A stretch of 64,000 nucleotides of DNA from a virus (Duplodnaviria > Caudoviricetes), in the IMG/VR virus record IMGVR_UViG_3300026085_000093, positions 128,001 to 192,000 of that record; one strand, 5' to 3'. Below are positions 1 to 11,561 of this stretch, one piece after another. A model generated the notes under the pieces. It saw only the letters and a list, made by a program, of their open reading frames with translations. It did not search any database and had not been told where the DNA came from. How positions within the stretch are numbered: the stretch's first letter is position 1; the number at the start of each line of letters is the position of its first letter. Made by a program: the position numbers and the translations under genes.

Positions 1-3000
1 GCGCCATCATAATCAACACCGTCCATTAGTTGTGATAGGTCTTTACCAGGCATTCCTGTAGCAGGATTATAAGCGTGATAAATTCTATCTGCTGCTGTAA
101 GCATGTTTAGATTACGCTTATATGTAATTACAATTGTCGCACCAGTTGCAGGTGCTTCTTCAAATATAATATACCCTAACTGTCTGTCATAACCTTTTGC
201 AGTGTCTTTTTCATTATCTACAGAATATTCACCTTTTAAAATTGGTAATCCGTTTACTGTTACTTCATAGGTATTTGTATTTCTATTGATTGGCCATTTT
301 AAAGAAAACTTAGTTGTAGAACCTGTGCCAGTAAACGTTTCAGATTCATCTATGTTTGTCATCAAGTATGTGCCCGTTGTTCTGTCAAATTTCATTATCA
401 TGTGTGTAGAACGCACTAATGGGTTGCCAATAATAGCAGTTGCTTTAGCCTGTATTCCTCCAGGACTAGGTTCATCAATTACTACTAATGGTGCTTCATA
501 AACTTTACTACCTGCTTTAACAATTTCAATTTTGCTAACACTACCTTTAGACAAATATGCTTTTGCTGTTGCTCCACTATCTCCTAAAATAGTTACAGGC
601 GGGGTTTCTTTGTAATTAGATCCTCCGTTAGTAACTTCTATTTCAATAATGTCATAACCGTTATTGTCTACCCAACTTTTGTAGGGATATTGCTGATACT
701 TTTCGATAATATCTGTTATAATACCATTGTCATATTTTGCAGCAATTGTTTCGATTTCTTTTGCAGCACTGTAACTAGGAGGTACATCAAAGTCAGTCGT
801 TAAACTGTTTGTAGGCTCAACATGGTCATAAGAACTAATGTACTCTCTTATTTTACTATGGTATGGTTTGACTTCTTTGACATAGTCTTCATAGTTTTCT
901 AAATTGTCATTTTGATAAGACAATTTTTGTTCAAAATCACCAAGTACATGTTTTACTCTAATGAAACTAGATTTGAACGCCCAGTCTAAGTCAGTTTGTT
1001 CGCTCATTGCATATTTTAAACTTGCAAAGAATAAATTATTCCATTCTACTTCTAAATCATTTACATAAATGTTATTTTTTAATGAACTTAAAATATTTCT
1101 AAGTTCTTGAATAGGTTCTCTGTCATAAAATGTTGTATCATATATTTCTGTATCAAACCCGCCAGCAGCTTCTAAGAAATTGTAAAGTTTATTACTTAGT
1201 TTGATAGTTCCGTTTTGACGACCTATAGTTTCGTAATTAATTGTATAATCTTCAACTAATTGATCGTCAATTTTTTTCAACAACAACCAGCCGCCTGATC
1301 CAACTTCTTTGATTTTTACAATATCGCCAATTTCATTTTCTAGTCTAAACAATTGATATGCTAAATCAACTGTTTGATCAATTGGTGTTTGTGCATTATA
1401 TCCAGTTGCATACCAATCAGCATAATTCCAGTAACCTGTAGTTACATATGACTGAGATCTTAATCTATCCCATTCACTTGATGTTGAATCATATGTGTAG
1501 ATAGCCCATCTACCTCCAATATCACTATCAGAATTTACAAGAACACTAAACGGTCTTGCAGTTATTTTTGTTGCACTACTGTAATTTTTACCTTGCTTTC
1601 TTACTGTTGCTCCTGTAACTTGTCCTAAGTTGTTTATTGTAGTATTGATAACAGCACCTCTGCCGTAAGTATCTTCTATCCTAACAGTTGGCGGATAAAC
1701 ATACCCACGTCCTGAATTAGTAATTGTAACTGCAACAATTTTACTGTTTTCAATTACTGGTGTAAACTCTGCTGTTTGTACTTTTGCCACACCTACAAAT
1801 CTTAACAAATCTGTTGTTTCAACTATTGTGTCGTATAAGTTTTCGGAAACATTTGGTACTGGATCATTTTGCTGTAACAAACTAATGTCATAATTATCAA
1901 CAATTTGTGTTTTAGCAAATACTGTGTTTACTCTTTCAACAACTTGTTTTAATGCTTCAATTCTGTTTATAAACATACCCTGTCTTGGATAGTTTAAAAT
2001 ACCATACTTTACTTTAGGAGAAAGATTTGGATCAGGAACTGTTGCATTATTTAAATCATATCCTACTAAACTATCAATCCATTTACTTTCAATTTCCTCG
2101 TTTGGTTTGCTTGTTGCTAACCCTGAACTCATTAATTGATATTCATTATGAATTGGTGTTTTTTGCTCTGCATCATCAATTAATGTAAAGTGCAGAATTG
2201 TGTCTTTGTCATTAATAAATGATCTAACATTGTGCAAACTAAATTTATTACCGTCAAGTAACTGAATATATCTATATCCATATCTTGATGGATCTTCAAT
2301 CAGTCTTGCAATTTCAAATGCACTTAATGCCCTGTTAGGAATATTAGGTATAGTTTGCTTGTTTTGCACCCAGAAATAATAGTAAAGTTTTGATTGACCA
2401 CTTACAGAATCTATTTTGCTTTTTACACTGTATGTATTTGAACCATGGTAAGGTGTGCCGCTTATACCCTGTGTATATCCTTGTGTAGTGTCTGCAAGTG
2501 AAATGTATTCTTGTGGAGGAACTGTGCTTTCTACCCATTCTAGTATACTAACAAGACTTGTTTGTGTTTGCTTATGCCAATTTGCGGATCTATATTGTAT
2601 CGGACCTTGGTATGGATTGAACCAACTTACTGTATCAATATTCCACCAAATTTCTCCTACGTGTTCATCACACCAGTTTGCTGCTTGATCAACAACAACT
2701 TTACCACTACCATTACTATAAATTGCAGGGTCATAAGGTGTTTTATAAGTTATTTCTTGATCAGCAACACCTGCAATTTTTCCTTGTCTAGGATCAATCA
2801 CATCTAAATTAGTTATAATGTCATTTGTTTCTTGACTATATAAAAATACTCTGCCAATTTTATTTAGATCAACTTGCCCAGTTTCTGAAGTAACTACTTT
2901 CCAACTATTCTTATTCTTATCGGCTCTAAAGTTTACAAACATTCCGGCAGTAGAATCTTCATTTTCTAGACGAGATGAATCTGTAAATTCAGATGGATTA

Positions 3001-6000
3001 ATCATAGGTAATCCAACATATACATTGTTGTCTTGTAATTTAATATTACTTAAATCATTGCCTATTGTTTTTCTTGAGTAAGGTAGATCTTCACCAAAAA
3101 TAAATTTATTACCTAACTTTTCGTAGATACCTAATCTTCCTGAATCAATTTCTTTTGTTACAAAGGTAGTTCTGCCGCCGTCAAATGTAGTTTTTTCTGT
3201 ATTTTGTACACCTGTATTATCGTTTACATATCTACTGTAAATTGTGTTTTTAAATTCATTTTTTCCTATTGCATACTTTTTGTATTCAACATATCTGTCA
3301 AATGTTGTTGTAGTACGTGTATCAGTATTCTTACCTACAACTAATAGTTTATCTGCTGAGAAATCAATTGCAAGTCCCCATGCTTCATTTTTTTCTTTGT
3401 ATGGACTTGTAAGAGTTTGTGTTAATTCCCAAGTATCGCCTGTTGAATTTTGACTGTATAATTTTACACTACCTGCATCTGTGTTTTCTTCAGTATTATA
3501 CAATGGAGCACCAATGCCTATTGTATCTCCTGTATCATTTACAGCAAGACTATAATCAATGCCTTCTTGATTTACAATACTTTGATTTAGTCTCCATCTA
3601 TCAAAAACATTAGTATAGATGCTAACAAGTTCGTCATTACCAGATTTTGCACTAAATGCAAGTACATCACCTAATTTATTTGTATCAAAAACTTTACCAA
3701 TATTAATACTTTGGTTAGTAACATCGTCTTCGTTTTCGCTTGCAATAAAGTTTTGTCTAGGCACGTATCCTGTATATTCTGTGTTTACATCTGTTTGTTC
3801 AATCCATAAATTAGGAGCATCAGATGGTAAACTTGTACCAGGTGCAATGTTAGTTGCAGCTTTGTACAACGCACCATTGTAGAATGTTAAATCGTTTTCA
3901 TTGTACTTAAAGAGATCGTTGTACACACCTTTATAGTTTCTGTCTGAACTGTATTTCCATTCACCGCCTTGGTTATCTAGCATGTAAATTCTACCAACAT
4001 CAGTTCCGTCTGCACCAGGAGCGCCAACAAACATTTTCATAGAACCATTTGCTGCTTTTCTTAATTGTATCTTTGTACCAAATTGTTCGTTTGCCTTTGG
4101 AAATGGTGAGCAAATAATATGTTCAACTTCGTACAATCCTGTATCAGCATTTTGTTTGTATAGATAAACTGTACCTTGTTTTTCAATACCGCTACCGCTA
4201 TGACCTAAAGTAAAGGTATCATTGTACCAAGACTGTTCTAATAAACTAGGTAAAATAATATTTTTCCAACGGTCAACGTTGTCTTGTGCAGCAGTACCCT
4301 CTCTAATTTTTATGAACTGCAAAACATCTGCACTTCTAATTGTTGGTGGCGTAGTGCTTTTGTCAAGATTACCAAAGGCAAACCCATCGTCTGCAATACT
4401 ACGTGCCCAAGTTTCAAACTCTGTTGGTGTTGTTGCCGTTGACAATGCAACATTAAGCATTTGATCTGTAAATTCTACACTAGGTACTAAACGGTTTTTC
4501 AATATGTCTAACGATGGTTCTAATCCTGTAATAAGATTAACTTCGTCCCAATCGGCATCATTTATAGTAATAGTAGAACTATCACCTACGCTATCATAGT
4601 ATAGCCCAATGTCTTTGTTTGCTTGCCACAAAACACCTCTATCTCTAACAATGTCTCCTTCATAATAAATTACATCAGGTTGTAATTCATCAATATAAAG
4701 TGTTTTTACATTACTTGTGTAAGGAGCACCTACAGCAATATAAGTTGCATCATCTGAAATTGCAACTGTTCTACCAAATCCAATTTCTGGATCACTTACT
4801 AATTCAGGTTCCATTATTTGTCTTAGGCTGATTTCTAATTGCTCGTTTGGACGATAGAAAAGTCTAAGTATGCCTTCATCTCCTGGATGTCCTAAACTTG
4901 CAATAGGAATGTATGTGTTGTTTGAATTTACATCATAAGCAGTTGCAAATCCGTCTTGATCACCTGACGGATTATAAACTTCTTTTTGTAAAGTAAAGAT
5001 ACCTTCGTTTTCGTATAATCCCCAATTGCCGTCAACTTTTTCAATCCATACTTTATCATTTTTTACATGGAATAAATTTTTAACCTCTTGGTTTAATTCT
5101 TCTATATCAGTAAATCTTCTAGTAACAAATCTAGATACTGCATTTTCTGTACTATCTGGGAATGTATTAATTTGTGTTTCAGTTACCGACAATGTTCTTG
5201 TGTCAACTACAACATAATCTATACCTACTTCTAAAATTTCCCAATATCCTGCTATAGTAGACAACCCGCCATAAATGCCAATTATTTCACCTTTAGTAAA
5301 ATCAACATATTTGTCAAACACAAGTTTTAATACATTTAGTGTGTTACCTTTAGAATCAGTATATGTTCCGTCAACATTAATATCATAACTTACAATTTTA
5401 TTTGTCTCTTTAACCTGAGTTACAACATCCCATTCATTCTTTTTATTTTGTATCCAAATATTATCGCCGATAAACGTCTTTGCTATGTTAAGATCTAATA
5501 ACCCTTTATAAGTTGTTACAGCACCTTTGACATCTTGTAAGCGAACCCATCCATTATTACGGCTTGAGTTTAATTTTGCAGTTGAAGTTACAAACGGATT
5601 GTTTGCATAGCCTTCAGGTTTTTCATATACTTCATAATCAGCAATTTTATAAATTAAATCTGCTTCATTTGTTTTGTTGTTTGTTAATTCAAATAGTTGA
5701 GGTTCTAGTTTATAATTACTTTCGTTTAACTTAAACTCTAAATCTTGTTTATTATCTAAAGCACCATAAGATCCAACTCTTATTGCCCACTCTTCAAAAA
5801 ACTTTAAACTTTCTTCGCCCGATGTGCTTAGAGCATCAAATAATTTTGTAAGAGAATTTTTTGTTCCTTTTTCTTGTATAAAGCCTTGATAAAATTTATA
5901 CTGACTTACACTATCAGGAATAATGTTGCTTAGGTATTCACGTTTTTGATAACCGATTAAATGTTGTCCTAAACGCTGTTGTTCAGTATCAAAATTATCA

Positions 6001-9000
6001 GTATCTAAATCATAAAAATCGGTAAACTGATTAACTCTATAATCAAAGTTAGGATATAGTTCTGCCTTTGGTTCTTCTGACAATCTATTCCAATTTGAAG
6101 AAACAAACACTTCTCCGCTATTATGTTTAACATTCGCAGAATAAAAGAATTCTTTAAATTTAACAACATCACCTACTGCATAATCTTCATAAGTTTTCCA
6201 AAAATCAACTTTTACATTGTCATAGAAGAATCCAGGAATATTTAAACCGCCTGCCCAATTGTCTGTTCTATAACCTACAAGTTTAATTCTTTCTTGTCTA
6301 TATCCAGGTGTGACATCATAAATTACATCATTGAATACTGTTGAGTTATCTAATAAAATAACATGCTCTGTTTGCACTAAAGGTAACTTTATTAAATAAA
6401 TTCCTTCGTTTGTATTAGAAGGTGTAATACCAAATGTATTTGTGTCATCTCTATAAATGTTGCTTAATTCTCTACCTAGTTTTTCGCCATTTCCAGATAA
6501 TAAATTGTATCCGTAAAAATCATCAAAAATATTATCTACAACAAAATACGGTTTTGTAAAAATACATCTGTTTGCACACGGACTAGTTGTAAGGATAGTT
6601 CCTGCTTCCCAGTTTTGTGTTACCCAGAACATAAATTCTTGTATACACAAAGTCATATCTTCTAAACTATCTGTATCTCTGTTGTAATAATCTAGTTCAA
6701 ATCCTTGCTGTTTTAAAAACTTTTCATATCCTTGCATAAAGTCAACAACTTCTTGCACTGATTCTAAAATAGTTCCATAAGAAATATAAGAAACAGTAGT
6801 TTCATATCTTTTTCTAATTTTTGCACTTATACCACCAGTAATAGGAAGTGTAGGCAACTTAGCAAATTTTGTTGCGTCAAATGTCTCAGAACTCTTGTGA
6901 GTTGAAGTTGTTCTATACCAGTTGTTTTGATATTCAACAATTGTACCAATTGTATATTCTTGATCTTCTGTCCATACAACATAATTTGCAGATATGCCGC
7001 CGACAGTAATCGATGTATCTGAATTTGTTTCTAATGGTTTGTAGAAAGGAAACGTAGGATTGTCTCCGTCATATCCTTTTAAAATATATGTATTATCTGC
7101 TGTTTTTTCAATTATCATACCACTAAACACAAGTGTTTCTAATGGACTTGATGTGTTTAAGAAAATTTGATAATTTTCTTCTGGTACAAAGTTACTACTT
7201 TTATTTAGAGGACTTCTTGCGTCTAAAACTAATTTTAGTTTTTCTTTACTTGCAAACCCACCAACTCTAATTGATAATTGATTTTTAAGTCCTTTTAATC
7301 TTTGCTGATAATTATTATAATTTGAACTATACTTAGAAGACATGTAACTTGCAATAAAGTTCACAAGTCCGCTTGTAAGTAAAATATCTTCGTTGCCAGT
7401 AATACTCGGAAATACTAGATCTTCACAACGTATTGCTTTATTTGTTTCAGTATAAACATATTGATCTGATAAATTCTTTTTAATGCGTGATCTATCAAAT
7501 GCTAGACCAAAAATTTGTGCAGATTGATTTAGCATCCATGCTTTTAATAATGCAAATGGATATTCTGAACTTCTTCTCCATGCAGTTTCGACAGGTGCTT
7601 CGTCACCAAAAACAAAATTGTTACTTGCTGTGTCAAACTTATAGTTTTGTGCAAGTCCTGCTTTATACGGATCGACTAACTTACCGTTACTGTCCACTGG
7701 AATAGCATCTAACAATTTTGAGTGCTTGTACATTTTATTTTTTTGTGCAACAACACCGGGTGTTCTTACAATACCTTCGGCCATGTCTGTCCAAAGTAAA
7801 ATATTATCACTAGTATAAGGAGCAGGTCCGTATTGTTCATCCCACCATGTAGGCTTAATTGTTAATCCTAGCATTTCCCATGGATGTGTGTTAGGACGAT
7901 CAGTACCATAATATGTTTTATATACACTTCTCCAAAAACCTTTTAATGGTTCATTTTCTGTATTTGACATAAAACTATAGTTGTATGTAAATCCGTCTCT
8001 TTCATCATAAAAGTTATTTTCAGTATAAGTTAAGTTTCCTGCATCTTCTAACCAACTTGTAAAATCTCCAAGTACACTATTATCAATTTGTTCTTTAGTA
8101 AACTTAGTATCTCTGTCAAATGTAGGAACAAAATTGTTGATATCTAAAACACTAGCATCATATTTTAATTTAATGTTATTGTATACTCTATATTCATACT
8201 CTAACAAAAAGTCGTCTCTAAAGTCATTCCATGCTTTTGTTAAACTTCCGTCATGTCCTTGAATAACGCACTGCGGGAAGCCTATAATTACATTTTCATT
8301 TGCTACAACCGGATCTACAAAGTCTACATAAAATAAACCGTTTCTTACTTTTTCTATAGTATAATCAATATTACCATATGCTTTAACATCGCCTACTTGT
8401 ACAATAAGATCAGTTGCTTCAATAATTTTGTTTACATTTTCTAATACAAAACGTGTTTGAGATTTTGTTGTAACAAATGTTTTCACAGCAGGTCTTACTG
8501 TATGATCTTTTTGTACTTCAGGATAATACAGAGGAAACAAACCTAGTTTAGTAGGTGTTGGCGGAATATAGCATCCGTTAGTATTTTCAAATTCGTCAAC
8601 TCTTATAACATCACCTTTTGCAAGTGTTGCTGTTACGTTTACAAAGTTATCGCTTATTGTATAATCTCTGTCTTTAAGTAATTGAACTCCGTTAAGATAG
8701 ACATATACTGCTTGATTAGATAATTTGTTTATATCAAAATTTGTAAGTCCGATTGCAAAATATGTTTCTTCACTATTATCTATATTATGTGTTGTGCTTG
8801 TATTTGCTTTCTTACCTACCATATCTCCATAATAGAAATTTCTATAAGAAACAGTTTCTTTTGAAAATCTTTCAAGCACTGTATCTAGTTGATCTTTTGC
8901 AGTTCCTTCTATACCGCTTTCGTTAGCAAGCGCAATTAGTCTACGTTTTGTTTTACCATATTCCGATCTAACAAAATTTATTGCTTTAACAATATTTGCT

Positions 9001-11561
9001 TCTTTATCAGTAATATGAAATGCTGCTAGGTTAAATGGTCCGCTATGTTGCACAAAACGCTTACCGTAATGTGTAACATTTCCTAAATCTCTAAGATTAC
9101 TAACTCCTGGATAAATTCCGTCAAAACCTTGTACCTCTTCAACAATAGATTCTACATGGTCATTAACTTCACCTAATGTAAAGTCAACTAAATTATCGTT
9201 TAATGGATTCTTTTCTAAGTTTACAGGTATTTCATAATAACCATTTTCATTTTTAGGAGCATTAGAAAAACATCTAAACACAAGTGTTTTACCAACTTCT
9301 AAATCTTCTGTAAAAACAACAGTTGCTATGTTGTTAATGTTGTCTATAGTAAATTTAGAATCTAAAACTTTTTTACCATCAACATATGCTTTTACTACTA
9401 AATCACTTAATGTACCGCTTTTGGTAAAAACAGTAATTGGAAAATTATTAACTTCATCATCGACTGTAAGTTGTTGTTGTATTACAGCTTGTCTACTTAA
9501 AATATTTGTTTTAGTCCAACCGTTCACATATTCAAAAGTATCAATATTTGAAAACTTTTTCAAAAATCCTGTATCAGTTTGTGTTGTAAGTGTTTCACGC
9601 AATTCGTTTTGATATCTAACAATTTGATTTTGTATATCAAAAGAAAATACAATGTCTCCAATATTAGCAATATTTCTATACTTTAAAGGAAATCCTAGTT
9701 CTGTATCATTAGATCCAGTGCCTACTTTATAACTAAAAATTTTATTACCAATAAAGTCTGAAGCAGGATATGTAATTTGATCGTTTAAGATTATTCCGTC
9801 ATGATCAAAAACGTCAAAAAGTGGTGCTTGGTTTACGCCTGTTTTTTCTTGTGACTGAATCCACTGAGTGCCATTATACCAAAACATCTTGCCACCTAAT
9901 GATTCTCCTGATAAAGCAAGAACAGTTTCGTTTTCTAAAGGCATAGTATCAGTTGTTTCTACTAAACTAATTTGTCTGCGGCTGTTATGTGTTATGAAAT
10001 TTACTTCGTAAATTTTACCATTTACCATACTATCGGGATCTGCTGTAAATAATACACGCATACCGTCAGTAAGATCTACACCATCAACATTGTATCCTAG
10101 GCTACCTTCTACATTGCTAAAAACGTCTTTTGTAAAATTATCAACTAAATTAACATTTTTCTTTGCAAATGTACCATGGTTGAATAATTTCATTCCTGCG
10201 TTAAATTCAATAATTGGTCTTTTGGCTCTAAAATTTTGATCTAAATTTATTTCAGTATTATTAACCTCATAACTTTTTTCAATTACATCCTTGTGAAACC
10301 ACCTGTTGTAACGTGACCAGGGGTTTCTGTCATGACTTGATCGATTAACAGTGATATAATCTTTAGTACCTGGAAAACTTGCAGCGTCTTCATAGGGTAC
10401 TGCATCAAATCCATATTCATCCCATGCAATTTCTACATCACTTGTAAAGATGCTCGGAACTTCTAAATCATTTTCAGAAATTAATTTTATACTTGTTCCA
10501 ACACCTTCAATATAATAAAAACCTTCACTATATTCTGAAGGTGTAACAGTACCTTGGAAGTAAACTTTCATACCGTTTGAAAGGTTTACGCCTGTGCCTG
10601 TTTTGTATGTTTTTTTACCGATAACATTTTCAGCAAGGTCAATTTCTGTGTTTTCTTCTATAGCAAAGCTTAGAATAATACCGCTTGTATTAATATCAGT
10701 TTGACTTAGATAGTAAAGACTGTCCGGTACATCATCTGGTATAGTCCATTTTATAACACCTTGCTCAATGTAATCGTCTTCTGTTAAAACTAATCTACCT
10801 TCTTCGTCATAAACATATTTTAACATATCTTTATCATAAATTTCACTGCTTATCTCTTGCTCTATGCTAAAGCCTAGATCTGTATCAATAAAATCTCTTG
10901 TTATTCCAATAGTGAATGGATGTCCCGGTGTGTTGACTTCAAACACATAAGTTTGTCCTTTGAACAATCTTAGTGTTGGATTTCTTGTTGTTCCTCTTGA
11001 ACTAAACAGGAATGCAGTATTGTCATCGTCTACAACTGTAGACACAACAATAGTGCTTTCTATTTCTTTTTGCTCGCCAAATACAGGAATAGGTAAAGGT
11101 CCTAACGGTAGCCAATAGTATTCACGGAAATTGGCAAACTTATCCCAATCAATATGTGGATTCCAAGAATACATTTCCTGCGAATTTAAACTATTATGAT
11201 TTTCTGTAGGTCCTTTAAAGTTTTTTATTTGACCGATAAAATCAGGATAGTTTTTATAGAACAAAACATTATCTAATTGGTCTTTGTAAACAATACTGGG
11301 CTCAAATTGATAATTTTCTCTATCAGCAGTTACATCTGGAAGATAAACATCGCTTACTTGATTTACTTTAGAATTACGTCTACCTGCAAATGCATTGATT
11401 TTTTCTACAGCACCTGGATTGATCATTTGCTGTATAGTACTAGATAGTAATTTTTTGTTTACATCTGTTCTAAAATATTTTGGCAGAAAATCAATTGCTT
11501 TTGGATTTTCGTTATTATCGGTAGGCAAACCACTTTCGTTTTGTTCTTTATCGTATGCCAT
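1..11561 (-). CDS. Giant baseplate wedge/structural protein (gp7-like position), >3850 aa, truncated by the window edge
   Basis: ATG at 11561-11559 overlaps the gp6 stop (TAATG). I translated MAYDKEQNESGLPTDNNENPKAIDFLPKYFRTDVNKKLL at the start. The same frame reads NSSRNNGWVRLQDVKG at ~5540 and GMPGKDLSQLMDGVDYDG at the left edge. It is absent from the ORF track, consistent with no stop inside the window. It contains FG-GAP-like segments (FGRTVAISDDATYIAVGAP; MFVGAPGADG). The frame was spot-checked, not read codon by codon. Confidence 0.85.
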   Translation of the reverse strand, partial: MAYDKEQNESGLPTDNNENPKAIDFLPKYFRTDVNKKLLSSTIQQMINPGAVEKINAFAGRRNSKVNQVSDVYLPDVTADRENYQFEPSIVYKDQLDNVLFYKNYPDFIGQIKNFKGPTENHNSLNSQEMYSWNPHIDWDKFANFREYYWLPLGPLPIPVFGEQKEIESTIVVSTVVDDDNTAFLFSSRGTTRNPTLRLFKGQTYVFEVNTPGHPFTIGITRDFIDTDLGFSIEQEISSEIYDKDMLKYVYDEEGRLVLTEDDYIEQGVIKWTIPDDVPDSLYYLSQTDINTSGIILSFAIEENTEIDLAENVIGKKTYKTGTGVNLSNGMKVYFQGTVTPSEYSEGFYYIEGVGTSIKLISENDLEVPSIFTSDVEIAWDEYGFDAVPYEDAASFPGTKDYITVNRSSHDRNPWSRYNRWFHKDVIEKSYEVNNTEINLDQNFRAKRPIIEFNAGMKLFNHGTFAKKNVNLVDNFTKDVFSNVEGSLGYNVDGVDLTDGMRVLFTADPDSMVNGKIYEVNFITHNSRRQISLVETTDTMPLENETVLALSGESLGGKMFWYNGTQWIQSQEKTGVNQAPLFDVFDHDGIILNDQITYPASDFIGNKIFSYKVGTGSNDTELGFPLKYRNIANIGDIVFSFDIQNQIVRYQNELRETLTTQTDTGFLKKFSNIDTFEYVNGWTKTNILSRQAVIQQQLTVDDEVNNFPITVFTKSGTLSDLVVKAYVDGKKVLDSKFTIDNINNIATVVFTEDLEVGKTLVFRCFSNAPKNENGYYEIPVNLEKNPLNDNLVDFTLGEVNDHVESIVEEVQGFDGIYPGVSNLRDLGNVTHYGKRFVQHSGPFNLAAFHITDKEANIVKAINFVRSEYGKTKRRLIALANESGIEGTAKDQLDTVLERFSKETVSYRNFYYGDMVGKKANTSTTHNIDNSEETYFAIGLTNFDINKLSNQAVYVYLNGVQLLKDRDYTISDNFVNVTATLAKGDVIRVDEFENTNGCYIPPTPTKLGLFPLYYPEVQKDHTVRPAVKTFVTTKSQTRFVLENVNKIIEATDLIVQVGDVKAYGNIDYTIEKVRNGLFYVDFVDPVVANENVIIGFPQCVIQGHDGSLTKAWNDFRDDFLLEYEYRVYNNIKLKYDASVLDINNFVPTFDRDTKFTKEQIDNSVLGDFTSWLEDAGNLTYTENNFYDERDGFTYNYSFMSNTENEPLKGFWRSVYKTYYGTDRPNTHPWEMLGLTIKPTWWDEQYGPAPYTSDNILLWTDMAEGIVRTPGVVAQKNKMYKHSKLLDAIPVDSNGKLVDPYKAGLAQNYKFDTASNNFVFGDEAPVETAWRRSSEYPFALLKAWMLNQSAQIFGLAFDRSRIKKNLSDQYVYTETNKAIRCEDLVFPSITGNEDILLTSGLVNFIASYMSSKYSSNYNNYQQRLKGLKNQLSIRVGGFASKEKLKLVLDARSPLNKSSNFVPEENYQIFLNTSSPLETLVFSGMIIEKTADNTYILKGYDGDNPTFPFYKPLETNSDTSITVGGISANYVVWTEDQEYTIGTIVEYQNNWYRTTSTHKSSETFDATKFAKLPTLPITGGISAKIRKRYETTVSYISYGTILESVQEVVDFMQGYEKFLKQQGFELDYYNRDTDSLEDMTLCIQEFMFWVTQNWEAGTILTTSPCANRCIFTKPYFVVDNIFDDFYGYNLLSGNGEKLGRELSNIYRDDTNTFGITPSNTNEGIYLIKLPLVQTEHVILLDNSTVFNDVIYDVTPGYRQERIKLVGYRTDNWAGGLNIPGFFYDNVKVDFWKTYEDYAVGDVVKFKEFFYSANVKHNSGEVFVSSNWNRLSEEPKAELYPNFDYRVNQFTDFYDLDTDNFDTEQQRLGQHLIGYQKREYLSNIIPDSVSQYKFYQGFIQEKGTKNSLTKLFDALSTSGEESLKFFEEWAIRVGSYGALDNKQDLEFKLNESNYKLEPQLFELTNNKTNEADLIYKIADYEVYEKPEGYANNPFVTSTAKLNSSRNNGWVRLQDVKGAVTTYKGLLDLNIAKTFIGDNIWIQNKKNEWDVVTQVKETNKIVSYDINVDGTYTDSKGNTLNVLKLVFDKYVDFTKGEIIGIYGGLSTIAGYWEILEVGIDYVVVDTRTLSVTETQINTFPDSTENAVSRFVTRRFTDIEELNQEVKNLFHVKNDKVWIEKVDGNWGLYENEGIFTLQKEVYNPSGDQDGFATAYDVNSNNTYIPIASLGHPGDEGILRLFYRPNEQLEISLRQIMEPELVSDPEIGFGRTVAISDDATYIAVGAPYTSNVKTLYIDELQPDVIYYEGDIVRDRGVLWQANKDIGLYYDSVGDSSTITINDADWDEVNLITGLEPSLDILKNRLVPSVEFTDQMLNVALSTATTPTEFETWARSIADDGFAFGNLDKSTTPPTIRSADVLQFIKIREGTAAQDNVDRWKNIILPSLLEQSWYNDTFTLGHSGSGIEKQGTVYLYKQNADTGLYEVEHIICSPFPKANEQFGTKIQLRKAANGSMKMFVGAPGADGTDVGRIYMLDNQGGEWKYSSDRNYKGVYNDLFKYNENDLTFYNGALYKAATNIAPGTSLPSDAPNLWIEQTDVNTEYTGYVPRQNFIASENEDDVTNQSINIGKVFDTNKLGDVLAFSAKSGNDELVSIYTNVFDRWRLNQSIVNQEGIDYSLAVNDTGDTIGIGAPLYNTEENTDAGSVKLYSQNSTGDTWELTQTLTSPYKEKNEAWGLAIDFSADKLLVVGKNTDTRTTTTFDRYVEYKKYAIGKNEFKNTIYSRYVNDNTGVQNTEKTTFDGGRTTFVTKEIDSGRLGIYEKLGNKFIFGEDLPYSRKTIGNDLSNIKLQDNNVYVGLPMINPSEFTDSSRLENEDSTAGMFVNFRADKNKNSWKVVTSETGQVDLNKIGRVFLYSQETNDIITNLDVIDPRQGKIAGVADQEITYKTPYDPAIYSNGSGKVVVDQAANWCDEHVGEIWWNIDTVSWFNPYQGPIQYRSANWHKQTQTSLVSILEWVESTVPPQEYISLADTTQGYTQGISGTPYHGSNTYSVKSKIDSVSGQSKLYYYFWVQNKQTIPNIPNRALSAFEIARLIEDPSRYGYRYIQLLDGNKFSLHNVRSFINDKDTILHFTLIDDAEQKTPIHNEYQLMSSGLATSKPNEEIESKWIDSLVGYDLNNATVPDPNLSPKVKYGILNYPRQGMFINRIEALKQVVERVNTVFAKTQIVDNYDISLLQQNDPVPNVSENLYDTIVETTDLLRFVGVAKVQTAEFTPVIENSKIVAVTITNSGRGYVYPPTVRIEDTYGRGAVINTTINNLGQVTGATVRKQGKNYSSATKITARPFSVLVNSDSDIGGRWAIYTYDSTSSEWDRLRSQSYVTTGYWNYADWYATGYNAQTPIDQTVDLAYQLFRLENEIGDIVKIKEVGSGGWLLLKKIDDQLVEDYTINYETIGRQNGTIKLSNKLYNFLEAAGGFDTEIYDTTFYDREPIQELRNILSSLKNNIYVNDLEVEWNNLFFASLKYAMSEQTDLDWAFKSSFIRVKHVLGDFEQKLSYQNDNLENYEDYVKEVKPYHSKIREYISSYDHVEPTNSLTTDFDVPPSYSAAKEIETIAAKYDNGIITDIIEKYQQYPYKSWVDNNGYDIIEIEVTNGGSNYKETPPVTILGDSGATAKAYLSKGSVSKIEIVKAGSKVYEAPLVVIDEPSPGGIQAKATAIIGNPLVRSTHMIMKFDRTTGTYLMTNIDESETFTGTGSTTKFSLKWPINRNTNTYEVTVNGLPILKGEYSVDNEKDTAKGYDRQLGYIIFEEAPATGATIVITYKRNLNMLTAADRIYHAYNPATGMPGKDLSQLMDGVDYDG

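Noticed and set aside
1-11400. Short plus-strand ORFs listed in the track over 1-11.4 kb
   Set aside because: All are antisense to the single giant minus-strand baseplate ORF.
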